In this document: positions 28,866 to 37,477 of the stretch, piece after piece
Layout of the letters: every line of letters begins with the position of its first letter
Numbering within the stretch: position 1 is the stretch's first letter
Assembly: GCA_934129895.1 (NCBI GenBank)
Contig: CAKOWY010000003.1
Coordinates: 15,031-79,030, forward strand
Length of the DNA: 64,000 nucleotides
From: an uncultured Clostridia bacterium
Lineage (GTDB): Bacteria > Bacillota > Clostridia > TANB77 > CAG-508
Reading direction: 5' to 3'
Notes under the pieces: model-generated
Seen by the model: only the letters and a program-made list of their open reading frames with translations
What the model was told of the DNA's origin: nothing
The model's database searches: none
Position numbers and translations under genes: made by a program

Positions 28866-29117
28866 TTATATTAATATCACTTCTGTTCCATTTCTTATTG
28901 TTGTATCTTTCAATATTAAATTATAATTAAATTCTTCTGCTGTAATTTTATCATACAATGATGGCATCTTTAATGGTTGATAATTTCCTTCACTTAAATC
29001 ATTAATTGCTTTTACAAGCAATACAATTATATCATATATCTTTTTGTTAGAAGGAATCCATACATCATAGATTTCTTCTAACATAGGAACATATATTTTT
29101 ACTAATACTTTATCCAT
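28866..29117 (-). CDS. esaB: YukD/EsaB ubiquitin-like type VII secretion protein
   Basis: ~83 aa. 'KVLVKIYVP..EEIYDVWIPSNKKIYDIIVLLVKAI...TIRNGTEVILI' fits the YukD beta-grasp pattern. The ATG at 29117 overlaps the essC stop (ATGGATAA). The ORF-track start is 29132. Confidence 0.7.
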   Translation of the reverse strand: MDKVLVKIYVPMLEEIYDVWIPSNKKIYDIIVLLVKAINDLSEGNYQPLKMPSLYDKITAEEFNYNLILKDTTIRNGTEVILI

Positions 29118-32100
29118 CTTCATCACCAGCATCTTTCATTCCTACAAGTTTTACAATTGCTGCTTCTTCCTGTTTTATCAAATATCCAAAACTATCTCCA
29201 CAATTATTAATTACATCTCTATTATTTGAATTTAAATGTATTAAATATTGATCTCTAACACCATTTCCAATCCAAATTCCACTATCTTTAGAAGCATAAC
29301 TTCTGTACCAATCATCATATTCGTGATTCTTTAGTTTAAATACACTCTCAACAATAATAAATGTATAATTTTTTAATTCTTCTGCTTTCTTTAAATCAGA
29401 AACAATACTATTTTCGACTGATGTTAAAAATTTGTCCATTCCAATAATTATACAAATGTTATGTTTGTTTTTTCCTAAATTATTTTGAATTTTTAATGAA
29501 TAATTTTGATAATCCAATTTTAGATTTTTTCTTGCTTCTTGCACTAATCCTTCAGAATCAAATATAGTTATATTTATACTATTTATTAAATTTAATTCTT
29601 CATAAATATGTGTTATATATTCAGCTGCAATATCTATATTTTTAGCAGAAACAATATTCATAAAATTATTTTTAAAATCATAGCTTGCAATTTTTAATGA
29701 TGATTTATATATACCTAATGGTACCTTATCTAATTGTGTTATATATTCCTGTATATCTTTTACTTTTATTTGTTTTGGTAAAACCGGAATTGCCATCGCT
29801 TTTTCAGTACTTTTTTCATTTAGTTCTTTTATTTTTTCTTTTATATAAGAATTCCATTTTTCAGGTTCACATATTCTTGCTGTTTGAAATTCATATATAT
29901 CATCCAATTTAATAAGTCCTCTTCCAAAAATATGTGCTGGTCTTTTCTTTCTAACACCCTCAAGAATATTTATGAAATCATCCTCATTATTTAACTGTAA
30001 TACTATCTTTTGTCTAAAGTTTTGTGATAATCTATATCTTATACTATTATATGCACTTGCAGTTAGTACAAACGAAATTCCATACTTTGTTCCTTCTCTA
30101 CAAAGTGTTAATAATATATCATCATATTTATCACTATAATTCTCAACAAAGCCTTCATAGTTATTAATAACTATAATAATTCTAGCCATTTGCTCTCCAG
30201 TATCATTTATATAAAGTCTTAAATTTCCTCCATAACTAGATAAAAGTTCTGTTCTTCTTTTCATTTCTTTTTGAATCATTTCAAATAATCTATTAATTTT
30301 TTCTTCTTCTGTGCTTAATACTACATCACCAACAGATGGTGCATCTTTAAAAATCTTTAAAGCTTCACTGCCAAAGTCTAACAAATATAATTGTGCTTCT
30401 CTTACTTCATAATTTGTTATTACATCATATACCATTGTACTTAACAATGTTTCTTTTCCACTTTCTGCATTACCAAAGACAATAACATTTCCTTGTTTTT
30501 CAAAATCAATTTCAACAGGACCTTGTCTTTGATTAAATGGATCATCATATTCTCCTAGTACAGAAACTACATTATTATCTTCTTTTATAATATTGTATTT
30601 CTTTCTAACATCCATTAAATTTATTATACTTGGTATATTTTCTAACCATAATGGCTTTAATTTTATATTTTCTTCTTTTCCAATCTCATAAATATATTTT
30701 ACTATATTAGTTAATTGTTCTCCATCTTTTTTGGCTTGATTCTTTTTCGTATCATCTATTTTCTTTATAACCATTCCAATATTTGAAACAAATTTAATTG
30801 AATTATCTACATTTTTCTTTATTATATCAGCTGGTTCATAATTTGCTCCAGCCCATGCAGATTGTCCTAATACAAAATATTCATTATTTCCAACTTGCAT
30901 ATAAAATTGTCCTGCTCTTTTTAATTCAGCAGCTTCAGGTCTTTTTATTACATCTATACTATCTTGTCTATCTTGTACTTTTAAACATATTCCAAATTTA
31001 CTATTACTACGAATTTGGTCATTTACAACACCAGCTGGTTTTTGAGTAGCTAATATTAAATGAACACCTAAACTACGTCCAATTCTAGCTACACTTATTA
31101 ATTCATCCATAAAGTCTGGTTGTTGTTGTTTTAATTCAGCAAATTCATCACATATTATCAACAAATGTGGTATTGGTTCTTTTACTATTCCTTCATGAAA
31201 CAATTTTTGATATTTGTATATATCAATAGTTCCTTCATCTGTCTTATCTCTTGCTTGATTAAATTTTACTTGTCTTCTTCTTAATTCACTTTGTATAGAT
31301 ACAAGTGATCTCTGTAATCCAACTTTATCTATGTTTGTAATTGTTCCTACAATGTGTGGTAGTTTTATATTTCCTTTTTGAAATGCTCCAGCTAATCCTC
31401 CACCTTTATAATCAATTAAAATCATTGAAACATCATTTGGATGGTAATTTATAGCTAATGATAAAATATATGTAATTATAAATTCACTCTTACCAGAACC
31501 TGTACTTCCTGCAATTAATCCATGTGGTCCATGAGCTTTTTCATGTATATCCAATACAATTGGCATTCCATTTGTATCTATTCCAATTGGTGCTTGTAAT
31601 GATTTTGTAGAATCATTAGTTTTCCATCTCTGTAATATATTTAATTGTTCAATCCTTCCACAATCATACATCTCTAAAAATGTATATACTTCTGGTAAAG
31701 AAAATTTTGATGATGTTGTTGCTCTTATTGGTATATTTGACAATCTTTGACCTATATTTTCAAAGAAAAATGTAAAAGATGAATCAAAATAAAATTCTTT
31801 TTTTGTTGTAGATGTTATCTCATTTTCAAATAATTTTCCATTTTTACCATTTTCTATATTTATAAATAATTGACATTCATTTGGTAAATGTAATAAATTG
31901 TCTGTTAAACAAAATATTCCAAACCCTAAATTTCTTTTCAAATTTAAGATTTCAGTTATTATTTTTAAATTTTCAATTTTCTTATAATCATCTGTTATTA
32001 TTAAATAATATGGTGAAAAAGATCTATAATCAAACTTATCTTCATATTGTTTTCTATTATTTAATTCTTCTTCTAGATATCTTGATATATCTTTCATATC

Positions 32101-33690
32101 ATCGTATTCGTCTGCCCAAAATCTTATTTGTTTTTGATCATCCCATATATGTGGTAATGTTTTCATATATTCCCATTTGATTTTCTTTTCTTTTTTTAAT
32201 AAAAATACTATTTTTAAATCTGCATAACTATGTAATGCTATTAATTGCATTATCAAATTTTGTGCAAATTTTTCCATAGTTCTATCATCATTTCTTACTA
32301 TTAATGCTGCTATATTTTTATTTGTAAGATTTGCTACTATTGGTACATTTTTAATTACTTTTGATTTTTTCTCAACAGAATCTATTAACTCAACTAAATT
32401 ATCTTCTTCTAATGAAAATCCTTTTTTTGGATATTCTATATCCGCAAAAATTGGTACATCACCTAATCCAACTCTTATTGATAAAAAATCATCATCTTCG
32501 ATTCTTCTTTCCCATAATCTAGAATTTTTATTTATAATTATTTGTGCACATTCTTGTGCTGAAATATATTTGTTATATAATATATTTTTTTGCTTATTCA
32601 TTATCTCGTCAATTTGTTCGATTTTTTTATTTATATATTCTTTATATTTTTCTTGTCTTCTTTTTTCTAGCTTTATTTGTCTTTTCTTATCATACTTATT
32701 ATTTAAAATCGGAAACATAACCATACTCAATAACATAGCACCAGTCATTGAAGCAGACATTATTATACTACTTTTGGAAGCTGTTCCTTTTGAGATACCA
32801 TTTATTGTCATAATCATTGAAATAACCATAACAATTCCCATAAGAAAACTTGGACCAATAGAATAAATTAATGGTTTTTCATTTGGCTCTTGTTTATGTG
32901 GTGGAGAATCTATTATAATCCTCTCCCTTTCCAATTTTCTAACAATTCTTGGTGCTCTCGCAAAAAAATCTTTTTCAGAAAATAATTCGATATCGGTATC
33001 ATCCTTTTCCTGACTTACAATCATTTTTTTTTCATTATTTATAACTTGAAAAATGTTTGTATTATATGAAACTCTATTAAAAGGATTATTTATAAAAAAA
33101 TTATTTCCAACAATTACAATTTTAAGTCCCATAATAAATATTACATCGCCATTAAAAAGTAATCTTAATTTATTAGATACTGGTATACCATTTAAGAACA
33201 CACCATAATTATTATCATAATTTTCTAACATTAATTTTCCATTACTAAAAAATATTTTAGCTTGAACTTTTTTTATTAGAGAATTATCATATATAATATC
33301 GCAATTAGTATCTCGACCTATTGTTAATTGTTGGAAATTTTGTGATTTTATATGTATAAAATTTTTTTCATATATCGGCTCACATAGTAATATATAAAAT
33401 AAATTAGTATTACTACTCAAAGATATATAATGTATACTATTTTCTTTTAAATTTATTTTCTGTATAATGTTTTTTTTATCTTTTATTATTTTGGAAGCAT
33501 TAAATGTTTTTATAGAATTGGGATTTAATATTTTTACCTGTTCATTACTATATATTTGCCATTCACTGTCTTTTCCAATTATGTTGATTAACTTTTTTCC
33601 ATCTTCATTTGTTAGCCAATAATCACCCTTTTTCTCTTTAGGTAGTTTTAGCTTATATATTACATTTTCTCCTATTAATGTTACTAACAT
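29110..33690 (-). CDS. essC: EssC/YukB-type FtsK-SpoIIIE ATPase of type VII secretion
   Basis: 1526 aa. FHA-like 'LTIGRDTNCDIIYD', two TM helices, P-loop 1 'GSTGSGKSEF' plus 'ICDEFAELK', P-loop 2 'GNAESGKE'. The third module has no Walker A. Confidence 0.9.
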   Translation of the reverse strand: MLVTLIGENVIYKLKLPKEKKGDYWLTNEDGKKLINIIGKDSEWQIYSNEQVKILNPNSIKTFNASKIIKDKKNIIQKINLKENSIHYISLSSNTNLFYILLCEPIYEKNFIHIKSQNFQQLTIGRDTNCDIIYDNSLIKKVQAKIFFSNGKLMLENYDNNYGVFLNGIPVSNKLRLLFNGDVIFIMGLKIVIVGNNFFINNPFNRVSYNTNIFQVINNEKKMIVSQEKDDTDIELFSEKDFFARAPRIVRKLERERIIIDSPPHKQEPNEKPLIYSIGPSFLMGIVMVISMIMTINGISKGTASKSSIIMSASMTGAMLLSMVMFPILNNKYDKKRQIKLEKRRQEKYKEYINKKIEQIDEIMNKQKNILYNKYISAQECAQIIINKNSRLWERRIEDDDFLSIRVGLGDVPIFADIEYPKKGFSLEEDNLVELIDSVEKKSKVIKNVPIVANLTNKNIAALIVRNDDRTMEKFAQNLIMQLIALHSYADLKIVFLLKKEKKIKWEYMKTLPHIWDDQKQIRFWADEYDDMKDISRYLEEELNNRKQYEDKFDYRSFSPYYLIITDDYKKIENLKIITEILNLKRNLGFGIFCLTDNLLHLPNECQLFINIENGKNGKLFENEITSTTKKEFYFDSSFTFFFENIGQRLSNIPIRATTSSKFSLPEVYTFLEMYDCGRIEQLNILQRWKTNDSTKSLQAPIGIDTNGMPIVLDIHEKAHGPHGLIAGSTGSGKSEFIITYILSLAINYHPNDVSMILIDYKGGGLAGAFQKGNIKLPHIVGTITNIDKVGLQRSLVSIQSELRRRQVKFNQARDKTDEGTIDIYKYQKLFHEGIVKEPIPHLLIICDEFAELKQQQPDFMDELISVARIGRSLGVHLILATQKPAGVVNDQIRSNSKFGICLKVQDRQDSIDVIKRPEAAELKRAGQFYMQVGNNEYFVLGQSAWAGANYEPADIIKKNVDNSIKFVSNIGMVIKKIDDTKKNQAKKDGEQLTNIVKYIYEIGKEENIKLKPLWLENIPSIINLMDVRKKYNIIKEDNNVVSVLGEYDDPFNQRQGPVEIDFEKQGNVIVFGNAESGKETLLSTMVYDVITNYEVREAQLYLLDFGSEALKIFKDAPSVGDVVLSTEEEKINRLFEMIQKEMKRRTELLSSYGGNLRLYINDTGEQMARIIIVINNYEGFVENYSDKYDDILLTLCREGTKYGISFVLTASAYNSIRYRLSQNFRQKIVLQLNNEDDFINILEGVRKKRPAHIFGRGLIKLDDIYEFQTARICEPEKWNSYIKEKIKELNEKSTEKAMAIPVLPKQIKVKDIQEYITQLDKVPLGIYKSSLKIASYDFKNNFMNIVSAKNIDIAAEYITHIYEELNLINSINITIFDSEGLVQEARKNLKLDYQNYSLKIQNNLGKNKHNICIIIGMDKFLTSVENSIVSDLKKAEELKNYTFIIVESVFKLKNHEYDDWYRSYASKDSGIWIGNGVRDQYLIHLNSNNRDVINNCGDSFGYLIKQEEAAIVKLVGMKDAGDEDG

Positions 33691-33705
33691 ATTTTTTTCT
33701 TTCTT

Positions 33706-33987
33706 TTATGATTTTATTTCTTTTACAGCTTCAGATAATTTATTTCTAAATTCTTCTTCTTCATCATCAATTAATCCCATAAAGTGGATCTCTTCTATTT
33801 GTGAATGATCAAATAAATAATTACTTGTTGATACTAGCATTCCCTCTGGATATAAGCATCCACAATAATCCCATATTTTTTTCTCTTTGCTATCATCTTC
33901 AATAGGTAAATATCCTGTTATCATTAATCTTTTTTCACCATCTTTTAGTTTTACAACACTTCCTATAGGTAAATATTTTTCTTCCAT
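33706..33987 (-). CDS. DUF4176-like small protein (type VII-associated)
   Basis: 'LPIGSVVKLKDGEKRLMITG...DYCGCLYPEG...YLFDHSQIEEIHFMGLIDDEE' matches my memory of DUF4176. Tandem paralogue of the next gene. Confidence 0.65.
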   Translation of the reverse strand: MEEKYLPIGSVVKLKDGEKRLMITGYLPIEDDSKEKKIWDYCGCLYPEGMLVSTSNYLFDHSQIEEIHFMGLIDDEEEEFRNKLSEAVKEIKS

Positions 33988-34011
33988 TACAAATTTCCTC
34001 TTTCTTTAGTT

Positions 34012-34305
34012 TTAGTTATTTTGACTATTAAATTGTTTTAAAGCTTCTGTTAATTTATTCTTAAATTCTTTTTCTTCATCATTTACAAGTCCAACATGAG
34101 CTATTTCTTCTATTTGTGAATGATTAAATAAATAATTATCTGTTGATGTAATTATTCCCTCTGGATATAAACATCCACAATAATCATATATTTCCTTTTT
34201 TCCATCTTTATTATCTTCGTATTGTAAAAAACCTGTTATCATTAAATTCTTTTCTCCATCTTTTAATTTTACAACACTTCCTATTGGTAAATATTTTTCT
34301 TCCAT
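34012..34305 (-). CDS. DUF4176-like small protein (type VII-associated)
   Basis: The first 19 residues are nearly identical to 33706-33987, and the same conserved blocks follow. Confidence 0.65.
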   Translation of the reverse strand: MEEKYLPIGSVVKLKDGEKNLMITGFLQYEDNKDGKKEIYDYCGCLYPEGIITSTDNYLFNHSQIEEIAHVGLVNDEEKEFKNKLTEALKQFNSQNN

Positions 34306-34382
34306 ATTATTTTTCTCCCTTCATTTGTTTTATACCTTATTAGAGGCATACATATTTTTTTATGATGCCTCTTAATTTTTTA

Positions 34383-34997
34383 TTATTGAACTGTATTTGA
34401 TTTTTCTGCATTTTCTATATCTTGTTGTGTTTGATTCATTAATCTTACAAATTGTGTATTAATATTATCAAAAGCAGAATTAATTTTATCTTCTAATTCT
34501 TTCATTTTTGATCTATATGTATCTGCAGCTTCACTTTTCCATGATACATTATCTAATTGTGCTTTTACTTTGCTCATTAAATCTTTTGTTTTGTTAAATC
34601 CTTCTGATATTGTTCTTTGTGCATTGTTAACATCACCTGATACAAATCTCATTCCAACATCATTTGTAATTGGTAATGCTGATATTAAATTTGCATTTGT
34701 TTCTTCTGCTGATGTTACATTTTGGAATCTATCAGCATTTGAATATGTATTAGCTATTGTTTCCATTGAGAATGGAATATCAGTAACAATTAATTTTAAT
34801 AATTCATTTAATTGTGGTTCCATTTCATTAAATATTTTAACTAATTCATTATATCTTGCTCCATACCATGAATTATGCATTTCTTCAACCTTTGCATATA
34901 CATTTTTTAGTTCTGTATTTAATTCTACAGCTCCTTCTCTCATATCTTTTGCAACTTTTGCCATTTGTTCATAATCTGCATCTGCTATATTTGCCAT
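34383..34997 (-). CDS. double-length WXG100-like protein (204 aa)
   Basis: 'HNSWYGARYNELV' (W-x-G) in the first half and 'VSWKSEAADTYRSKM' in the second half. RBS AAGGAGG. First gene after the promoter. A hairpin at 34347-34377 follows it. Confidence 0.6.
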   Translation of the reverse strand: MANIADADYEQMAKVAKDMREGAVELNTELKNVYAKVEEMHNSWYGARYNELVKIFNEMEPQLNELLKLIVTDIPFSMETIANTYSNADRFQNVTSAEETNANLISALPITNDVGMRFVSGDVNNAQRTISEGFNKTKDLMSKVKAQLDNVSWKSEAADTYRSKMKELEDKINSAFDNINTQFVRLMNQTQQDIENAEKSNTVQ

Positions 34998-35050
34998 TTT
35001 TATTTCCTCCTTTATATTTTTATTACTTTATTGTAATGTTTTATATATTT

Positions 35051-35079
35051 TTTATACACTTAATTACTGTATTTGTCAA
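35051..35079 (-). promoter_or_regulatory. promoter of the type VII-like operon (TTGACA-17-TATAAA)
   Basis: On the minus strand the -35 is at 35079-35074 and the -10 at 35056-35051. A ~54-nt leader runs to the ATG at 34997. Confidence 0.55.
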
Positions 35080-35089
35080 CGTTTTTTTT

Positions 35090-35122
35090 ATTACATTTCT
35101 ATTACATTTTTATTACGATTTT
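35090..35122. repeat. three tandem 11-nt direct repeats immediately upstream of the -35
   Basis: ATTACATTTCT / ATTACATTTTT / ATTACGATTTT, read on the plus strand. Confidence 0.7.
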
Positions 35123-35127
35123 TGCCA

Positions 35128-35165
35128 TAAAAAGAAGCTCCCCAGGGAACTATTCCCTAGGGAGC
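35128..35165 (-). terminator. GC-rich rho-independent terminator of the RelA/SpoT-like gene
   Basis: The minus strand reads GCTCCCTAGGGAAT-AG-TTCCCTGGGGAGC followed by TTCTTTTTA. Confidence 0.7.
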
Positions 35166-35181
35166 AAAAGGATATTAGGCC

Positions 35182-36165
35182 TTATTGCGGAATCAGCGTT
35201 GTGGAGACTCGACGCTCGGTATACTCCTTAGCATTATGGATACCATTGATATCCTCATCCTTGCTTTCATATCCGCTAAAACCAATGATGTGAACTTTAC
35301 TAAAGTCATCCACACAAAAAACCTTGTTGATGTACTTGTCAACTTCAGAAAGCTCCTCTTCTGATAAGCCTCCTGTCATTTTGTACACGTCATGCGAGGC
35401 TTTGCCATGTTCGGCTTCCTCTTCCATCTGCCGACTTTTCAGTTGAATTTCAAACAAGCACCCTGCAAGCACCTCAGAATACATCTGAATAGACATTGTA
35501 AACTGATATGCTCGATAGCCATTTTCTTTTGGCTCCTTGATGTAATCCTTTATAAAGTCAATGCCAAACGGAGTGTTTAAGACACACTTGATAACTTCTT
35601 TGTCGGGCAACAAAATGTTTTTGTTATTTGCTACCCAATCTGCAAATTCCTTTCTCATCTTACGGTTTTTGGCTGCAAGAATACCCGAAATGCATTCGAA
35701 TATTTTGTAAATTATCTGCTCCACTTCAGTCTCAGGCAGTTCGTTTTGCACAATTGCCTTAATTCCGAATCTATCCCTTATGTTCGCAGATAATGTTCCG
35801 TTGGACTTCTTTAAGAGTTTGGTTAACTCACTTTCCAGTGCTTTGCATCTCGCCTTAAGCTTGATGTCAATATGCATATTCCTTGTGCTGTTGAGCCAAA
35901 GGATAATATACATCATCGTAATGATAATGTATATAGAAAAGTTTGTTATCTCAAAAGTCCTTTGTCTTGTTCCAATACATCCTCTCATTCCATCCAAGAA
36001 TGTTTCAAAAGCTTCTACATCCTCCTCATCATCAAGTTCAACTTGATTCAAAATGTCGTATAGGTTATTTGCGATTTCCAAAAGGTTGGATGATTTTTCT
36101 ACAGCCTGTTGATAGGCCTCGTGAATCATCCGGAGTGTTTTCATTTGAAATTTTTGTACTGACAC
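35182..36165 (-). CDS. RelA/SpoT-homologue (small-alarmone-synthetase-like nucleotide pyrophosphokinase) with N-terminal TM helix
   Basis: Synthetase motifs appear in order: 'KARCKALESELTKLLKK', 'IRDRFGIKAIV', 'KENGYRAYQFTM', 'FEIQLKSRQMEEEAEHGKASHDVYK'. A TM-like 'FSIYIIITMMYIILWL' lies at residues ~76-91. GTG start after GAGGAA. Hand counts give ~40% G+C. Confidence 0.7.
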   Translation of the reverse strand: MSVQKFQMKTLRMIHEAYQQAVEKSSNLLEIANNLYDILNQVELDDEEDVEAFETFLDGMRGCIGTRQRTFEITNFSIYIIITMMYIILWLNSTRNMHIDIKLKARCKALESELTKLLKKSNGTLSANIRDRFGIKAIVQNELPETEVEQIIYKIFECISGILAAKNRKMRKEFADWVANNKNILLPDKEVIKCVLNTPFGIDFIKDYIKEPKENGYRAYQFTMSIQMYSEVLAGCLFEIQLKSRQMEEEAEHGKASHDVYKMTGGLSEEELSEVDKYINKVFCVDDFSKVHIIGFSGYESKDEDINGIHNAKEYTERRVSTTLIPQ

Positions 36166-36311
36166 TATTCCTCAATCCTTTCTATTCCGCTTTACGCGTT
36201 TATGTTAACATTATAACATAAAATCGAAAAAAAGTATAGATTTTCCAGTCAAAAAGTGATATAATCTCAATCGAAATATGTATTTTTCATAAAAAGAAGG
36301 AGGAAATTAAA

Positions 36312-37433
36312 ATGAAAACTGTACCAATTACATTATTAACAGGATATTTAGGAGCTGGAAAAACAACTCTTATAAATCATATTTTAAATAATCAAGATGG
36401 TTACAAAGTTGCTGTAATTGTTAATGATATTGGAGAAGTAAATATAGATGCATCTTTAATTGGAAAAGGTGGTGTTGTTACAGAAACAAATGACAGCCTT
36501 GTTCCTTTACAAAATGGTTGTATATGTTGTACTTTAAAAGTTGATTTAATGCAACAAATTGTTGACTTAGTAAAAACAGGAAATTTTGATTATATATTAA
36601 TAGAGGCTAGTGGAATTTGTGAACCTATTCCAATTGCTCAAACAATAACTGTTTTACAAGATTCTACAAAACAATATGGATTACCAAAAATCTGTAGATT
36701 AGACAATGTTGTATCTGTTGTTGATGCATTAAGATTAAGAGATGAATTCAATTGTGGTGAAGAACTTGAAAAAAAAGAAATTGATGATGAAGATATCGAA
36801 AATTTATTAATTCAACAAATTGAATTCTGCAATACTTTAATTTTAAACAAGGTAGATGAACTTTCTAAAGACGAACTTGCCAAAGTTAAAGCTGTTGTAA
36901 AAAAATTACAACCAAGTGCAAAAATAATAGAAACGAACTATTCAGATGTTGATTTCAGAGAAATTATGGATACTAAAGCTTTTGATTTTGAAAAAGCTTC
37001 ACTTTCAGCTGGATGGGCTCAAGAACTTGACAAAACAGAGGAAGAAGCTGAAGAAGGAGAAACAGAAGAATATGGAATTGGAACATTTGTATATTATAGA
37101 AGAAAACCATTAGTTGAATCAAAATTCCATAACTTTGTTAATTCCTTACCAAGAAATATAATTAGATGTAAAGGTATTGTTTGGTTTGAAAATGATGATG
37201 AAATGTCTTATGTTTTTGAACAAGCAGGAAAGCAAACAGGAGTATATGAAGCTGGCGAATGGATTGCTACTTATCCATTAAAAGATCAACAAGCATTTAG
37301 AAAAGCTAATGCTGATTTGGAAAGAGATTGGGATGAAAATGTTGGAGATAGAATGGTTAAACTTGTTTTCATCGGTCAAAAAATGGATAAAAAATCTATA
37401 TGTGAAGAACTTGATAAATGTTTAGAAAAATAA
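36312..37433 (+). CDS. COG0523/CobW-family G3E GTPase (putative metal chaperone)
   Basis: P-loop 'GYLGAGKTTL', 'GCICCTL' CxCC motif, acidic linker 'EEEAEEGETEEYG'. RBS GAAGGAGG. Confidence 0.8.
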   Translation: MKTVPITLLTGYLGAGKTTLINHILNNQDGYKVAVIVNDIGEVNIDASLIGKGGVVTETNDSLVPLQNGCICCTLKVDLMQQIVDLVKTGNFDYILIEASGICEPIPIAQTITVLQDSTKQYGLPKICRLDNVVSVVDALRLRDEFNCGEELEKKEIDDEDIENLLIQQIEFCNTLILNKVDELSKDELAKVKAVVKKLQPSAKIIETNYSDVDFREIMDTKAFDFEKASLSAGWAQELDKTEEEAEEGETEEYGIGTFVYYRRKPLVESKFHNFVNSLPRNIIRCKGIVWFENDDEMSYVFEQAGKQTGVYEAGEWIATYPLKDQQAFRKANADLERDWDENVGDRMVKLVFIGQKMDKKSICEELDKCLEK

Positions 37434-37477
37434 TATAGAAAAAGGATTTAAGAAATATAATCTTAAATCCTTTTATT

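Noticed and set aside
34306-34382. A hairpin (AGAGGCAT...ATGCCTCT) after the first double-WXG gene, considered as a full terminator splitting the operon.
   Set aside because: The stem is only 8 bp and the downstream tract on the coding strand is not T-rich. More likely it is a partial attenuator or mRNA-stabilising hairpin, as is common after esxA-like genes. It is kept as a note, not a feature.
36216-36311. A possible Zur box upstream of the COG0523 GTPase (AAATCGAAAAAAAGTATAGATTT; TCAATCGAAATATG).
   Set aside because: Neither segment forms the TCGTAAT-N-ATTACGA-type palindrome expected for firmicute Zur operators. The resemblance is limited to AAATCG.
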